DNA from: a virus | Lineage: Duplodnaviria > Heunggongvirae > Uroviricota > Caudoviricetes | DNA length: 64,000 nt | Reading direction: 5' to 3' (one strand) | Virus record (IMG/VR): IMGVR_UViG_3300037510_000012 | Coordinates: 21,267-85,266 of that record | In this document: piece after piece, positions 63,354 through 64,000 of the stretch | Layout of the letters: every line of letters begins with the position of its first letter | Numbering within the stretch: the stretch's first letter is position 1 | Notes under the pieces: generated by a model | What the model was told of the DNA's origin: nothing | The model's database searches: none | Seen by the model: the letters and a program-made list of their open reading frames with translations, nothing else | Made by a program: the position numbers and the translations under genes

Positions 63354-63740
63354 ATGCGTAAGAATTGGATTATAGGTGGCTCACTAGCCATCCTAACAGC
63401 ACTAGCCGTGCTGATGGTACTATTGCTGAGTGGCGACAGTCACCACAGTAAGTTTGACAATTACGAAAGGTATGCAAAGCAGGTAAACGTTGTTGATTGG
63501 TCAATCAGCGAAGATACTGCTAAGCAGTTTGCTGAGGCCAATTGCGATAAGCTCGCAGTAGGCGAAATGCCAGCAATTAAGTTTAGAAGCACTGACCATG
63601 TAAAGTCTAGTGCTGCTGTTCTAGCAGCCTATTGCCCAAACTCGCTTGACAATTTTGAGGCGGGTATTATTATGAAGTATCCAGAATACAAGAGTACAGC
63701 TCTCTACCTAAACGAAAGGCTTAAGGTTGATTCTCATTGA
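63354..63740 (+). CDS. secreted or membrane-anchored protein
   Basis: N-terminal signal/TM helix; RBS AAGGAGAAGACT. Confidence 0.55.
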   Translation: MRKNWIIGGSLAILTALAVLMVLLLSGDSHHSKFDNYERYAKQVNVVDWSISEDTAKQFAEANCDKLAVGEMPAIKFRSTDHVKSSAAVLAAYCPNSLDNFEAGIIMKYPEYKSTALYLNERLKVDSH

Positions 63741-64000
63741 GACTCTTGTCAAGGCAGTCTGTTACGGACTTGCGGCGGCTGCTGGTGTTGTGGTAGGGTT
63801 CTACCTGTTCATGTTTATGGCAACTCACGGATGGCTGGGATGAAGAAGAATAAGATAAAGGACCCTTGGGAAGAATTCTTTGAAGAACTAGTAGGTCCAT
63901 TCGTAATTGGTGGTGCCCTAGCTGCTCTTGCAATCTTTGTTCTTCCTCTGATAGGAATTGGAATCGGTATTGGCTACTGGATTTGGGGATAAGAGAATGA

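Overview
This window reads as a densely packed, single-strand (+) region of a large dsDNA phage genome. Every convincing gene is on the + strand, and the minus-strand ORFs are antisense shadows. The host is probably an actinobacterium: the window has a WhiB-like gene, an Lsr2-like gene, strong AGGAGG ribosome-binding sites, frequent GTG/TTG starts, ~50% GC, and sigma70-like TTGACA-N17/18-TAnnnT promoters. Content by position follows. Positions 1-17 kb hold replication, recombination and nucleotide-metabolism genes, a glycosyltransferase/cytidylyltransferase trio, and the terminase small and large subunits. Positions 17.8-50.2 kb hold an array of about 34 tRNA genes plus a tmRNA, interleaved with many 50-70 aa genes. 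The same stretch carries an Ro60 (TROVE+vWA) homologue next to unusual tRNA-like structured RNAs. It also carries an RNA healing-and-sealing enzyme set (Rnl1-like ligase, Pnk-like kinase, metallophosphatase, macro domain, NADAR, a second ligase-like protein), an Hsp90-like GHKL ATPase, small membrane proteins, thioredoxin, and six HNH endonucleases. The most striking signal is an intergenic element repeated more than 30 times: a GC-rich hairpin, then CAAGCTT, then about 10 nt, then AGGAGG and the start codon. No CRISPR array or integrase was seen. tRNA and small-ORF coordinates were read by eye and may be off by 1-2 nt.
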